Assembly (NCBI GenBank): GCA_964542785.1
Contig: CAZIUK010000004.1
Location: 3,691 to 67,690, forward strand
Length of the DNA stretch: 64,000 nt
Source of the DNA: an uncultured Planctomycetales bacterium
Lineage (GTDB): Bacteria; Omnitrophota; Gorgyraeia; Gygaellales; Profunditerraquicolaceae
Reading direction: 5' to 3'
Under the pieces are notes generated by a model, which did not search any database, had not been told where the DNA came from, and worked only from the letters and a program-made list of their open reading frames with translations. Shown piece by piece: positions 47,661-57,462 of this stretch. Positions within the stretch are counted from its first letter, which is position 1. Each line of letters begins with the position of its first letter. The position numbers and the translations under genes are program-made.

Positions 47661-48755
47661 ATGGTAAGGAATATAAGAATAAACCTTTTTACGGTAACGA
47701 TAGCGCTTATCTGTGTGGGTATAGTTATGATTTATAGCTCTTCAAGCATATACGCTTTAGAGCAATACCAGGACAGTCTATTTTTTTTAAAGAGGCATTT
47801 AAGTTTTATGTTTATCGGAGTTATCCTTATGTTTATATTTATGGTTGTAGATTACCGTAAATTAAGGGTTGTTGCCCGGCCACTCCTTTTTATTTCAATA
47901 ATCCTCTTGGTCCTTGTTTTAGTCCCCGGTTTAGGCAGGGAGGTTTCAGGCGCGCGCAGATGGTTTAGGTTTAAATTCTTAAGCTTTCAGCCTTCAGAGT
48001 TGGCGAACCTTGCGTTGATAATTTACCTTGCGGATTTTATCGCGCGTAAAGGGAATACGGTTAAAACTTTTTTTAAAGGTTTTATCCCGCCGATAGCAAT
48101 TTTAGGTTTAGTTTCTATTCTAATACTCCTTCAGCCGGATTTAGGGACCACCGTGGCTTTGGGCTTCGTAGTCTTGACCCTTCTTTTTATTTCCGGGTCG
48201 CGTTTATCTTATATATTGCCCTTGTTGTTAAGCAGTTTTCCTTTCTTGTATTTTTTGGTTTTTAGCGTGCCTTATCGTAAAGCAAGGATTATGGCATTTA
48301 TTAACCCTTGGTTGGATCCAAAGGGGAGCGGGTTTCAAGTAATCCAGTCTCAAATTGCCTTAGGCTCAGGGGGGTTATTTGGCGTAGGCTTGGGCCATTC
48401 TAAGCAGAAGTTATTTTATTTGCCTGCTGCGCATACTGATTTTATATTCTCTATAATAGGCGAGGAGTTAGGGCTCTTAGGGACGATAGGCATAGTAATT
48501 TTATTTATCATCTTTATCCAGCAGGGTATTAAGATTATTAAGAACGCCCCGGATAAATTCAGTTATTTCCTTAGTTTAGGGCTTGTATTGATGATATCTT
48601 TCAGGGCAATGATTAATATCGGGGTTTCTTGCGGCATCCTGCCTACCAAGGGCCTGCCTTTGCCTTTTATAAGTTATGGGGGAACTTCTTTCATATTTGA
48701 TATGATAAGCGTAGGCATATTGGCGAATATTGCCCGTATCGGAGATTATCCTTAA
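47661..48755 (+). CDS. ftsW: SEDS-family peptidoglycan polymerase/lipid II flippase FtsW
   Basis: Polytopic FtsW/RodA family sequence within the dcw cluster. Confidence 0.85.
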   Translation: MVRNIRINLFTVTIALICVGIVMIYSSSSIYALEQYQDSLFFLKRHLSFMFIGVILMFIFMVVDYRKLRVVARPLLFISIILLVLVLVPGLGREVSGARRWFRFKFLSFQPSELANLALIIYLADFIARKGNTVKTFFKGFIPPIAILGLVSILILLQPDLGTTVALGFVVLTLLFISGSRLSYILPLLLSSFPFLYFLVFSVPYRKARIMAFINPWLDPKGSGFQVIQSQIALGSGGLFGVGLGHSKQKLFYLPAAHTDFIFSIIGEELGLLGTIGIVILFIIFIQQGIKIIKNAPDKFSYFLSLGLVLMISFRAMINIGVSCGILPTKGLPLPFISYGGTSFIFDMISVGILANIARIGDYP

Positions 48756-48764
48756 AAAAAGAAG

Positions 48765-49862
48765 ATGAGAGTATTAGTAGTTGCTGGGGCAAGTGGGGGG
48801 CATATCTTTCCTGCCGAGGCCTTTCTAGAAAAGCTACAGAAGAGGCATCCTTCTTCCGAGAGTTTATTGGTCTTGCCTTCAAGGAGTGTCTCTTTAGGTT
48901 TAAGTTTCCCTAAGCAGAAAATATCCTACTTGCCTTCTTATAGGGTCTTTTTTTCTTTTAGCGGGAAAAATATTAAAGAATCTTTCTCTTTTCTAAGAGC
49001 CGCTTGGCAGGGGTTATTTATCCTATTGAGGTTTAGGCCGGATATTGTTTTAGGGTTTGGGAGTTTAGATTCTTTGCCTTTAGTGATGATGGCTTGGTTT
49101 TTTAGAATTAAAACTTTAATCCACGAGCAGAATGTATTGCCCGGTAAGGCAAACAGGTTTTTGGCTAAATTTTCTGATGGTGTAGCAGTCTCTTTTTTAG
49201 AATCAAAACGGCATTTTGATTTGCGTGAAGATAAGATATTCCTTGCTGGGAATCCTATAAGAGGAAGTTTAAAAAAAGAGTCTAGAAAAGAGGCGTTGAG
49301 GTTTTTTGGTTTAGAGGAAGGCAGGTTTACTATTTTAGTTATGGGGGGTAGCCAAGGAAGTAGCAGAGTTAACGAGTTATTCTTAAAGGCGGCAGCGTTA
49401 ATAGAAGACAAGAAGGGTTTTCAGGTTTTGCATATTTTAGGCAAGGAAGGGTTATTAAATGATGTTCAGGATAGATATAAAAGCTTAGGGGTTTGTGCTA
49501 AGGTATTTTTATTCTCTAAAGAGATGGGAAGGGTTTATAGTTGCGCTGATTTAGCGGTTAGCCGCGCAGGAGCAATGACTATATCTGAGTTAATATATTT
49601 TAAGGTTCCTGCAATATTTTTACCCTATCCTTTTGCCTATAGGCATCAATTCTACAATGCCTTGGTCTTAGAGGACGCAGGCGCAGGTATTATTATAAAA
49701 GATGAAGAGGCGAGTTTAGGCGTACTCTATAAGGCAATAGAGGAATTGATTGCTAATCCTTTAGGGCTTGCTAAGATGAGGGATAACTTTAAGCATATCT
49801 TTCAAGGTAATGCAGCAGAGCGCTTGTTAGAAGTTGCAGAATACTTGCTTTACGGAGATTAA
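48765..49862 (+). CDS. murG: UDP-N-acetylglucosamine--N-acetylmuramyl-(pentapeptide) pyrophosphoryl-undecaprenol N-acetylglucosamine transferase
   Basis: GT28 fold with G-rich N-terminus (AGASGGHIFPA). Confidence 0.85.
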   Translation: MRVLVVAGASGGHIFPAEAFLEKLQKRHPSSESLLVLPSRSVSLGLSFPKQKISYLPSYRVFFSFSGKNIKESFSFLRAAWQGLFILLRFRPDIVLGFGSLDSLPLVMMAWFFRIKTLIHEQNVLPGKANRFLAKFSDGVAVSFLESKRHFDLREDKIFLAGNPIRGSLKKESRKEALRFFGLEEGRFTILVMGGSQGSSRVNELFLKAAALIEDKKGFQVLHILGKEGLLNDVQDRYKSLGVCAKVFLFSKEMGRVYSCADLAVSRAGAMTISELIYFKVPAIFLPYPFAYRHQFYNALVLEDAGAGIIIKDEEASLGVLYKAIEELIANPLGLAKMRDNFKHIFQGNAAERLLEVAEYLLYGD

Positions 49863-49877
49863 AGGAAGCGTAATTTT

Positions 49878-51245
49878 ATGAATAGGGATTATCATTTGAT
49901 TGGTATTGGCGGGATAGGGATGAGCGGGATAGCGCGCCTCTTGTTGTGCTTAGGGTATACTGTAAGCGGGTCTGATTTAAAAGAGAATAAGGATATTCTA
50001 ACTTTAAGACATCTAGGAGCAAAGATTTATATAGGGCACTCTAATGAGAACTTAGCTGGAAGCCCTACGGTGATTTATTCATCTGCTATTAAAGAGGATA
50101 ACCCGGAGGTATTAGAGGCAAAGAGACTTAAGTTGCCCTTGGTAAAACGTGCCCAAGCCTTAGCTATGCTTATGGCTGAAAAAAAAGTTATTGCCGTCGC
50201 CGGAAGCCACGGAAAGACTACTACTGCCTCTTTAGCTTCGTATCTTTTGCTTGAGGCAGGGCTTCAACCTACTCTTGCGGTAGGGGGGATTTTAAAGAAC
50301 TTAGATGCCAATGCCTGTTTTGGTTGTGGTGAATTCTTTGTAGCCGAGGCAGATGAGTCAGACGGCTCGTTTCTCTATTATAAGCCGGATTACTCCATCA
50401 TCACCAATATAGATTATGAACATCTTGATTATTACAAGGGTTTTGATAATATTCTAAAAGCATTTAGGGATTTTTTTGATGCTACGCGCAATAATGGAAA
50501 AATCTTTTGCTGTAGCCAAGATATGTCTCTTATGAAGATAGCAAGAGATTACAAGGGGAAGGTTATCAGTTTTGGTTTATCTTCCGGCGCTGATATTTAC
50601 CCAAAAAATATAGCCTTTAATGGACTTAAGAGCGAATTTGATTGTTTTTTTAAAGATAAATTTGTATCGCGTTTTACTTTAGGGTTAGCAGGAGAACATA
50701 ATATATCTAATGCTTTAGCGGTTATTGCCTTAGGGATAAACTTAGGCATAGATATTAAGGTTATTAATAGCGCGCTTTTAGGGTATAAAGGCGCAGGCCG
50801 CAGGTTGGATTTAAAATTTAAGGATGATAATTACGCAATCCTTGATGATTATGCGCATCATCCTACTGAAATTAAAGCAACGCTTAAGGCGTTAAGTTGC
50901 TTAGAGGCAAAAAGAAGGATTGTTATATTTCAACCGCATAGATATACGCGCACTAAGTTTTTATTTGATGAGTTTATCAGGAGTTTTAATCAGGCAGATA
51001 TGCTTTTTATTACGGATATTTATCCTGCGGGAGAAGAGCCTATTTACGGGGTAGACAGCCGTAAACTTAGTTTGGCGATAAAAGAGGCAAATAAAGATAA
51101 GATGGTCTATTATTCTTTAAAGGATGAGGTTGTAGAGAGAGTAGTTAAGTTACTAAAACCAAAAGATTTAGTAATAACCCTTGGTGCAGGGGATATCTAT
51201 AGCTTAAGCGATGAATTGGCAGAGAGACTTAAAAGTAAAGAGTAA
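49878..51245 (+). CDS. murC: UDP-N-acetylmuramate--L-alanine ligase
   Basis: HLIGIGGIGMSG N-terminus and GSHGKTTT P-loop. Confidence 0.9.
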   Translation: MNRDYHLIGIGGIGMSGIARLLLCLGYTVSGSDLKENKDILTLRHLGAKIYIGHSNENLAGSPTVIYSSAIKEDNPEVLEAKRLKLPLVKRAQALAMLMAEKKVIAVAGSHGKTTTASLASYLLLEAGLQPTLAVGGILKNLDANACFGCGEFFVAEADESDGSFLYYKPDYSIITNIDYEHLDYYKGFDNILKAFRDFFDATRNNGKIFCCSQDMSLMKIARDYKGKVISFGLSSGADIYPKNIAFNGLKSEFDCFFKDKFVSRFTLGLAGEHNISNALAVIALGINLGIDIKVINSALLGYKGAGRRLDLKFKDDNYAILDDYAHHPTEIKATLKALSCLEAKRRIVIFQPHRYTRTKFLFDEFIRSFNQADMLFITDIYPAGEEPIYGVDSRKLSLAIKEANKDKMVYYSLKDEVVERVVKLLKPKDLVITLGAGDIYSLSDELAERLKSKE

Positions 51246-52086
51246 TTACCCTCTTAAAAATAAGACCACCTTTAAAATCGGCGGGGCGGCTGAGTATTTT
51301 TGTACTCCTAAGGATTTATTTGCCTTGAAGCGTTTAATTACTCAGGCAAAGAAGAACAAGGTGTCTTATTATATCATAGGCGCAGGGAGTAATCTTTTGA
51401 TAAGCGATAGAGGCATAAAAGGATTGGTCATACTTTTAAGCTCTGCGTATTTTAAAAAGATGAAGGTAAGCAAAGAGTTTATTGAAGCTCAGGCAGGCGT
51501 GTCTTTATCTTCTATTATAAGGTTTGCGCTTAATAGGTCTTTGTCAGGGCTTGAGTTTTTATCCGGGGTGCCGGCAACATTAGGCGGAGCAATAGCGATG
51601 AATGTTGGTTGTTGGGGTAAGGAGATTTCAGGGTTAGTGGATGAAGTAAAGGTGATGGATTCTTCCGGAAAGATAAAGCGCTTAAAGAAAAAGATGATTA
51701 AGTTTGGTTACCGCAGAAGCGGGCTTAAAAAATATATTATCTTAGGGGCACGGTTAAAATTAAGTCAGGATAAAAAAGAAAAGATAAAACAAAGGATTAA
51801 AGAGTATTTGATAAGGAGGCATGAAACACAAGGATGCGTCTTTTACAGTGCAGGATCTATTTTTAAAAATCCGAAAGGGGATTATGCCGCGAGGTTAATT
51901 GAGCGTTGTAGGCTAAAGGGCAAAGAGATAGGCGGGGCTATTGTCTCGCGTAAGCACGCTAATTTTATTTTAAATAAGGGGGAGGCAAAGGCAGATGATG
52001 TCTTGCACCTAATAAAATTAATACGCGTTAGGGTAAGAAAAAAATTTGGGGTGGATTTAAAGCCGGAGATACAGATACTAAGCTAA
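51211..52086 (+). CDS. murB: UDP-N-acetylenolpyruvoylglucosamine reductase
   Basis: FAD-binding domain (TTFKIGGAAEYF) and C-terminal MurB domain. Confidence 0.85.
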   Translation: MNWQRDLKVKSNYPLKNKTTFKIGGAAEYFCTPKDLFALKRLITQAKKNKVSYYIIGAGSNLLISDRGIKGLVILLSSAYFKKMKVSKEFIEAQAGVSLSSIIRFALNRSLSGLEFLSGVPATLGGAIAMNVGCWGKEISGLVDEVKVMDSSGKIKRLKKKMIKFGYRRSGLKKYIILGARLKLSQDKKEKIKQRIKEYLIRRHETQGCVFYSAGSIFKNPKGDYAARLIERCRLKGKEIGGAIVSRKHANFILNKGEAKADDVLHLIKLIRVRVRKKFGVDLKPEIQILS

Positions 52087-52088
52087 CT

Positions 52089-53027
52089 ATGTTAAGGAAA
52101 AATTTTGGTAAGATTGGTGTTTTAATGGGAGGGCCCTCAAGCGAGAATAAGATATCGCTTAAGAGCGGGAGTGCTGTATTAAAAGCATTAAAAGCAGAAG
52201 GTATTAAGGCAAAGGCAATTATAATAAAAAGCGCAAGTATCAAAGAAAATATCTCCTTGATGAGAAAAAGCAGGATAGACTGCGCATTTATTGCCTTGCA
52301 CGGAAGGTTTGGAGAGGACGGAGGCATACAAGGAATTTTGGAGAAATTAAAGATTCCTTATACAGGTTCGGGTGTAAGGTCTAGCAGGTTGGCTATGGAT
52401 AAAGTCGCTTCCCGCCTCATCTTTAAAAAGAATGGTTTGCATACCCCTAAGTTTAAGGTAATAAAAGGTAAAGCTAAAAACGTAATCAGCTTAAATAATT
52501 TTGCTTTTCCTTTGGTGGTTAAACCTGCTCTTACCGGGTCAAGCATAGGAATCTCTATAGCGCAAGACAAAGATAGTTTAAAAAGCGGGATAAGAGAAGC
52601 ATTTAAGTTTGATAGTAGAGTAATGATTGAAGAGTATATAAGGGGCAGAGAACTTACCGTAGGCATATTAGGCAAAAGCCCGTTGCCGATAGTAGAGATT
52701 GTTACAAGGCAGGGGTTTTTTGATTTTAAGGCTAAGTATAAAAAAGGTTTTACCGATTATATTGTTCCGGCTAGACTTTCTAAAGGTATATCTTTAAGGG
52801 TTAAGAGAGCGGCTCTATCTGCCCATCGGCTTTTAGGTTGTTATGGTTGCTCAAGGGTAGATATGATACTTGATGGCCGCAACAGGCCTTTTATCTTAGA
52901 GATTAATACCATCCCCGGGCTTACTGCAACAAGCCTTTTGCCTAAGGCGGCTAAGAACGAGGGAATAGATTTTAATAATTTAGCTATAAGGCTTATTCAG
53001 ATGGCTTATGAAAAGGCGAAAGTTTAA
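52089..53027 (+). CDS. ddl: D-alanine--D-alanine ligase
   Basis: ATP-grasp fold with Ddl N-terminal domain (HGRFGEDGGIQG). Confidence 0.85.
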   Translation: MLRKNFGKIGVLMGGPSSENKISLKSGSAVLKALKAEGIKAKAIIIKSASIKENISLMRKSRIDCAFIALHGRFGEDGGIQGILEKLKIPYTGSGVRSSRLAMDKVASRLIFKKNGLHTPKFKVIKGKAKNVISLNNFAFPLVVKPALTGSSIGISIAQDKDSLKSGIREAFKFDSRVMIEEYIRGRELTVGILGKSPLPIVEIVTRQGFFDFKAKYKKGFTDYIVPARLSKGISLRVKRAALSAHRLLGCYGCSRVDMILDGRNRPFILEINTIPGLTATSLLPKAAKNEGIDFNNLAIRLIQMAYEKAKV

Positions 53028-53757
53028 CTCTTTACCGTGGATTATATCCGTATTTTTAATTCTCCTCTTTGTAGTGGGAGTAAGGCTTGCTTATAGGGCT
53101 TTTATCGCATCTGATTATTTTCTCGTAAAGGAGGTTATTGTTTCAGGCAGGCAGGATAGAGAGGTTGATTACCTAAAGGGTAAGAATATCTTTCTTATTG
53201 ATTTACATAAAGAATCTGAGTATATTGCAAGGTATTCCCCGGAATCTTTGAGAGTAAGTTTAGTTCGTTTATTTCCTGATCGTATATTTGTTAACTTTGT
53301 CCAAAGAAGACCTGTTGCCTTAGTCTCTTTGTATCGTTATTTTGCGGTAGATGAGTCCGGGGTCTTATTTGAGCTTCCTGTTAATTACCAAAGGGAAAAT
53401 CTTATAGTTATCAGCGGCTTAACTTCAAAGGTAACTAAAGTTATCCCGGGGAGAAAGGCAGAGTTTAAGGAATTAGATTTGGCTTTGGCGGTTATCAAAG
53501 AGATAAAAAGGTATCCTAATTTAAATGCCCTTCAGATAAAAAGGATAGATATTGAAGGATCGGATTATATTACTATGTTGATATCACTTAAGGAGGAGCA
53601 AAAAATACTTGAAGTAAGGATTTCACGGGGTAATATATTAGAAAAGATTGCGGTTATGTCCGGGTTGATAGCCCAAAGAAAGAACAACCTTAAGGATGTT
53701 AAGTATATAGATTTAAGGTTTAATGAGCCGGTGGTAAATATTAAAGATGATAAATAA
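53008..53757 (+). CDS. ftsQ: cell division protein FtsQ/DivIB (TM + POTRA)
   Basis: N-terminal transmembrane segment and POTRA-like region (VKEVIVSG), in the canonical position. Confidence 0.65.
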   Translation: MKRRKFNSLPWIISVFLILLFVVGVRLAYRAFIASDYFLVKEVIVSGRQDREVDYLKGKNIFLIDLHKESEYIARYSPESLRVSLVRLFPDRIFVNFVQRRPVALVSLYRYFAVDESGVLFELPVNYQRENLIVISGLTSKVTKVIPGRKAEFKELDLALAVIKEIKRYPNLNALQIKRIDIEGSDYITMLISLKEEQKILEVRISRGNILEKIAVMSGLIAQRKNNLKDVKYIDLRFNEPVVNIKDDK

Positions 53758-55000
53758 TTATATTTGTGCTTTGGATATAGGTTCAAGCAAGATTGCTGCT
53801 TGCCTTGCATTGATTAAAAAAGGGAAGTTAGCTGAGCTTTATTTTGATTCTTATCCGATAAAATCGGTTAAGGAAGGTGTGATAGTAGATTCCCGCGAGC
53901 TTATTAATAGAATAGGAAAACTCTTAAAAGGATTAAAGGAGAAGTCCGGGATTAAATTTAAATTTGTCTCGGTAAATATATCAGGGTTAGATATCCTTAC
54001 CAAACATAGCCATGCGGTTATACCTTTAGCCGAAAGGGGAAATAAGATTATAAGCGAGTCTGATATGCAGCTGGTAATTGAGCAGGCTCGGATTCTAGGT
54101 TCAAGCCTTGAAGATGAGATATTGCACATGATTCCTTTAAGCTACGCCATAGACGCCAAAGGCAGTATCGCTAATCCCTTGGGGCTTTATAGCCATAGGC
54201 TTGAGGTTGATTTGTATCTTATCTGCGCAAGGTTATCCTCGGTTCAGAGTTTAACGCGGGTTATTAATCACTCAGGTTATGAGATTAAGGATATTTTTTT
54301 CTCGGGGATAGCCACGAATAGGGCTGTTTTTACTTCTCAGCTTAATGAGGGCGATAGCGTCTTATGCGATATAGGAAGCGATACTACCGAGATAATGATT
54401 TTTAGGGAAGGAGTGTTAAAGGATATAGAGATACTTAATTTTGGAGGAGATACTTTTACTCGGGAGCTCGTTGATAAGCTTAAAGTACCTGTTGATTTAG
54501 CCGAGGATATTAAGCGCTCATACGGGGTTATCGGAAACCCCCTTGATATCGCAGAGGATAAAGAGATATTAGTTAAGAAGAGTGAGTTTTATAAGCCGAT
54601 CAAGCAGAGGGAGGTTTGCGAGGTATTAACTGCCTCAGCTAATAATATCTGCCAACGGATAAAGAGCGCTCTTGAGAAGAAGGTTCCTTTACATGAGATT
54701 AATAATTTTGTTATCGTAGGCAGGAGCATGCTTTTAGAGGGGTTTATTGAAAACTTAGAGAAGGTATTAAACCTTCCGGTTAAGTTGGGCCGCATTACCA
54801 ACTTGCAGATTGTTTCTCTGATTAGCGAAAATAGCGAATTATCCGGGCATAAATACCTTAAATACCTTACCTGTTTAGGGATGGTCTCTGAGGCATTAAG
54901 GGTAAGGCCTGTGGGTGTTTTGCCATTGCACCAGCCAGCTAAAAACTTCATTTTAAAAGCCTTTAGCAAGATTAAAGAAGCCTACCAGGAGTATTTTTAA
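53747..55000 (+). CDS. ftsA: cell division protein FtsA
   Basis: Actin-like fold beginning ALDIGSSKIAAC... Confidence 0.85.
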   Translation: MINNYICALDIGSSKIAACLALIKKGKLAELYFDSYPIKSVKEGVIVDSRELINRIGKLLKGLKEKSGIKFKFVSVNISGLDILTKHSHAVIPLAERGNKIISESDMQLVIEQARILGSSLEDEILHMIPLSYAIDAKGSIANPLGLYSHRLEVDLYLICARLSSVQSLTRVINHSGYEIKDIFFSGIATNRAVFTSQLNEGDSVLCDIGSDTTEIMIFREGVLKDIEILNFGGDTFTRELVDKLKVPVDLAEDIKRSYGVIGNPLDIAEDKEILVKKSEFYKPIKQREVCEVLTASANNICQRIKSALEKKVPLHEINNFVIVGRSMLLEGFIENLEKVLNLPVKLGRITNLQIVSLISENSELSGHKYLKYLTCLGMVSEALRVRPVGVLPLHQPAKNFILKAFSKIKEAYQEYF

Positions 55001-55015
55001 AAAACCTACTTTTCA

Positions 55016-55043
55016 TTGACCTTGGGCTCTTCTGTTGTATAAT
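55016..55043 (+). promoter_or_regulatory. sigma70-like promoter TTGACC-N16-TATAAT between ftsA and yggS
   Basis: Hexamers at 55016-55021 and 55038-55043. The predicted start site is about 55050, giving a near-leaderless message for the ATG at 55053. Confidence 0.4.
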
Positions 55044-55052
55044 ACTTTACCA

Positions 55053-55748
55053 ATGATTAAGGATAACCTATTAAGGGTAAGGCAAAAGATAACCTCTGCT
55101 TGTTTAAAGGTAAACCAAGATCCTGCTAAAGTGAAGATAGTTGCTGTAAGTAAGGGCAGACCTGTAGAAGAAATAGAAGAAGCATTACTTTGCGGCATTT
55201 TTGATATAGGCGAAAGCAGGGTTCAGGAGGCGCTTACCAAGCACCAGTACTTTACTAAAAAAAGGCCTGCTTATCCGATAACTTGGCATTTAATCGGGCA
55301 TTTGCAAAAGAATAAGGCAAAAGATGCGGTTAGGATATTTGATTTGATTCACTCTATAGATAGCCTTGCTTTAGCTAAGAAGGTTGACAAGGAAGCAGCA
55401 AAGATTAATAAGATACAAAAAATCTTAATTGAGATAAAGACCTTATCTGAAGAGACTAAGTTTGGGTTTTCTTTGGAGGAGGCAAAAGACAAGGTAAGGC
55501 AAATTTTAGAGTTTAAGAACTTAAAAGTTGAAGGCTTGATGACCATTGCTCCTTTTTCTTCTTTAGCGCAAGCAACCCGCAACTCTTTTAAGGCATTGCG
55601 GGAACTGCAAGAGAGGATTGATTTTTGTAACCTTTCAATTTTATCAATGGGGATGAGTGGAGACTTTCAAATCGCCATTGAAGAGGGGGCAAACTTGGTG
55701 CGGATAGGAAGATCAATATTTAATCCTTTAAAAAAAGAAGATATATAA
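55053..55748 (+). CDS. yggS: YggS/YlmE-family pyridoxal-phosphate homeostasis protein
   Basis: PLP-binding lysine in KIVAVSKGRPVEE; alanine-racemase N-domain-like barrel. The track start is TTG 55035; ATG 55053 is the alternative. Confidence 0.8.
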   Translation: MIKDNLLRVRQKITSACLKVNQDPAKVKIVAVSKGRPVEEIEEALLCGIFDIGESRVQEALTKHQYFTKKRPAYPITWHLIGHLQKNKAKDAVRIFDLIHSIDSLALAKKVDKEAAKINKIQKILIEIKTLSEETKFGFSLEEAKDKVRQILEFKNLKVEGLMTIAPFSSLAQATRNSFKALRELQERIDFCNLSILSMGMSGDFQIAIEEGANLVRIGRSIFNPLKKEDI

Positions 55749-56603
55749 ATGGCTAAGTTAAATATGCTCAGCAGAATCGGGGTAGTGGGGTTAGGGAATA
55801 TGGGCTCAATAATCGCAGGCAGGCTTGCTAAGATCCCTAAAGAGTACAGCGTTATTGCCTATGATAAAGATAAGAAAAAAAATAAAGATATAGGGTTAGT
55901 TAAAATTGTAGAGGACTTGTCCCTTTTGGCTAATGATTCTGATATAATTATAATCGCAGTCAAGCCTCAGGATATAGGCGGGCTTTTAAAGGAGTTAAGT
56001 AACCTTACAGATAATAAAATTATTATCTCTATCGTTGCAGGGATAAGCACTAAGTATATTGAGAAGTTTTTAGATAAGGCAAGGGTTATTCGCTCTATGC
56101 CTAATATCGCAGTAAAGATAGGAGAGTCTGTAACCTGTATCTCCAAGGGTGCCTCAGCTTGTGAAGATGACTTAGATTTTGCCAAGGAGATATTCGCCTC
56201 TTTTGGCGGGGTTCTTTGCATAGAAGAGGAGATGATGGACGCTGCTACGGCTATCTCAGGGAGCGGGCCGGGGTATGTGTTTTATTTTATTGAAAGTAGT
56301 GGTATAGATTATAAAAATATGCCTGAAGCGCCTAAACAGGGTTTAATAAAAAGGTTAGAGAAGTCAGCGCAAGTATTAGGGTTTAATAAAGAGGACGCTA
56401 CTTTTTTAGCGGTAAACACGGTAAATGCGTCTATCCTCTTACTTAAAGAGACAGACTTAAGCCCGGAAGAGTTAAGGGCGCAGGTCTCTTCTAAAGGGGG
56501 GACTACTGAAGCTGGGTTAAAGGTTTTAAGTAAAGGGGGCTCATGGGAAGAAGCGGCATTAGCTGCATTAAAGAGGGCAAGAGAATTATCCGGAAAGGAG
56601 TAG
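55749..56603 (+). CDS. proC: pyrroline-5-carboxylate reductase
   Basis: Rossmann motif GVVGLGNMGS and P5CR C-terminal domain. Confidence 0.85.
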   Translation: MAKLNMLSRIGVVGLGNMGSIIAGRLAKIPKEYSVIAYDKDKKKNKDIGLVKIVEDLSLLANDSDIIIIAVKPQDIGGLLKELSNLTDNKIIISIVAGISTKYIEKFLDKARVIRSMPNIAVKIGESVTCISKGASACEDDLDFAKEIFASFGGVLCIEEEMMDAATAISGSGPGYVFYFIESSGIDYKNMPEAPKQGLIKRLEKSAQVLGFNKEDATFLAVNTVNASILLLKETDLSPEELRAQVSSKGGTTEAGLKVLSKGGSWEEAALAALKRARELSGKE

Positions 56604-56604
56604 T

Positions 56605-57462
56605 ATGCCTAAGATAGGGGTTATCGGAGGCAGCGGATTATATAATATAGAGGGGTTAAAGAAGACAAAACAAGTATTCTTAAATACTCCTTTTGGTAAG
56701 CCTTCAGGAAAATTTATTACTGGTATTTTAGGCGGTAAAGAGGTTGTTTTCCTTCCCCGCCATGATTTTGGGCACCGGATACCGCCTACAGAGGTTAATT
56801 ATAGAGCGAATATATTTGGTATGAAAAAATTAGGCGTTGATAGGATTATTTCAATAAGCGCCTGCGGGAGCCTTAAGGAGAGCTTTAAGCCGATGGATTT
56901 TGTAGTAGTGGATCAGTTTGTTGACAGGACTAATTCTGCAAGGAAAATGTCGTTTTCTACGAAGGGGTTAGTTTTTCATGTAGGCTTAGCGCATCCGGTT
57001 TGCGGGGAATTAAGTTCTCTTGTGTTTAATTCCGGTAAGAAATTAGGCTTAAGGATTCATCCGAAAGGGACTTATATTAATATGGAGGGCCCGGCTTTTT
57101 CAACCTTAGCTGAATCAAAGCTTTACCGGAGTTGGGGGATGGATATAATTGCTATGACTAATTTTGGTGAGGCAAAGCTTGCGCGGGAAGCAGAAATTTG
57201 CTATGCGTCTTTAGCGTCAATTACAGATTACGACTGCTGGCATAAAAGCCATGATTCGGTTACCGGAGATATGATTATTAAGAACTCGCAGAAGAATATT
57301 GAAAACGCAAAAAAGATACTCGTGGATATTATTATGAATATGCCTGTTAAGTGGAATTGTGAATGCCAAAGTGCTTTAAAAGACGCAATTTTTACCGACC
57401 GTAAGTTTATTCCGAAAAAGATAAAGAAGGATTTAGGGATTATTATAGGAAAGTATATTTAA
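56605..57462 (+). CDS. mtnP: S-methyl-5'-thioadenosine phosphorylase
   Basis: PNP/MTAP family ([13 protein letters not shown]). Confidence 0.8.
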   Translation: MPKIGVIGGSGLYNIEGLKKTKQVFLNTPFGKPSGKFITGILGGKEVVFLPRHDFGHRIPPTEVNYRANIFGMKKLGVDRIISISACGSLKESFKPMDFVVVDQFVDRTNSARKMSFSTKGLVFHVGLAHPVCGELSSLVFNSGKKLGLRIHPKGTYINMEGPAFSTLAESKLYRSWGMDIIAMTNFGEAKLAREAEICYASLASITDYDCWHKSHDSVTGDMIIKNSQKNIENAKKILVDIIMNMPVKWNCECQSALKDAIFTDRKFIPKKIKKDLGIIIGKYI

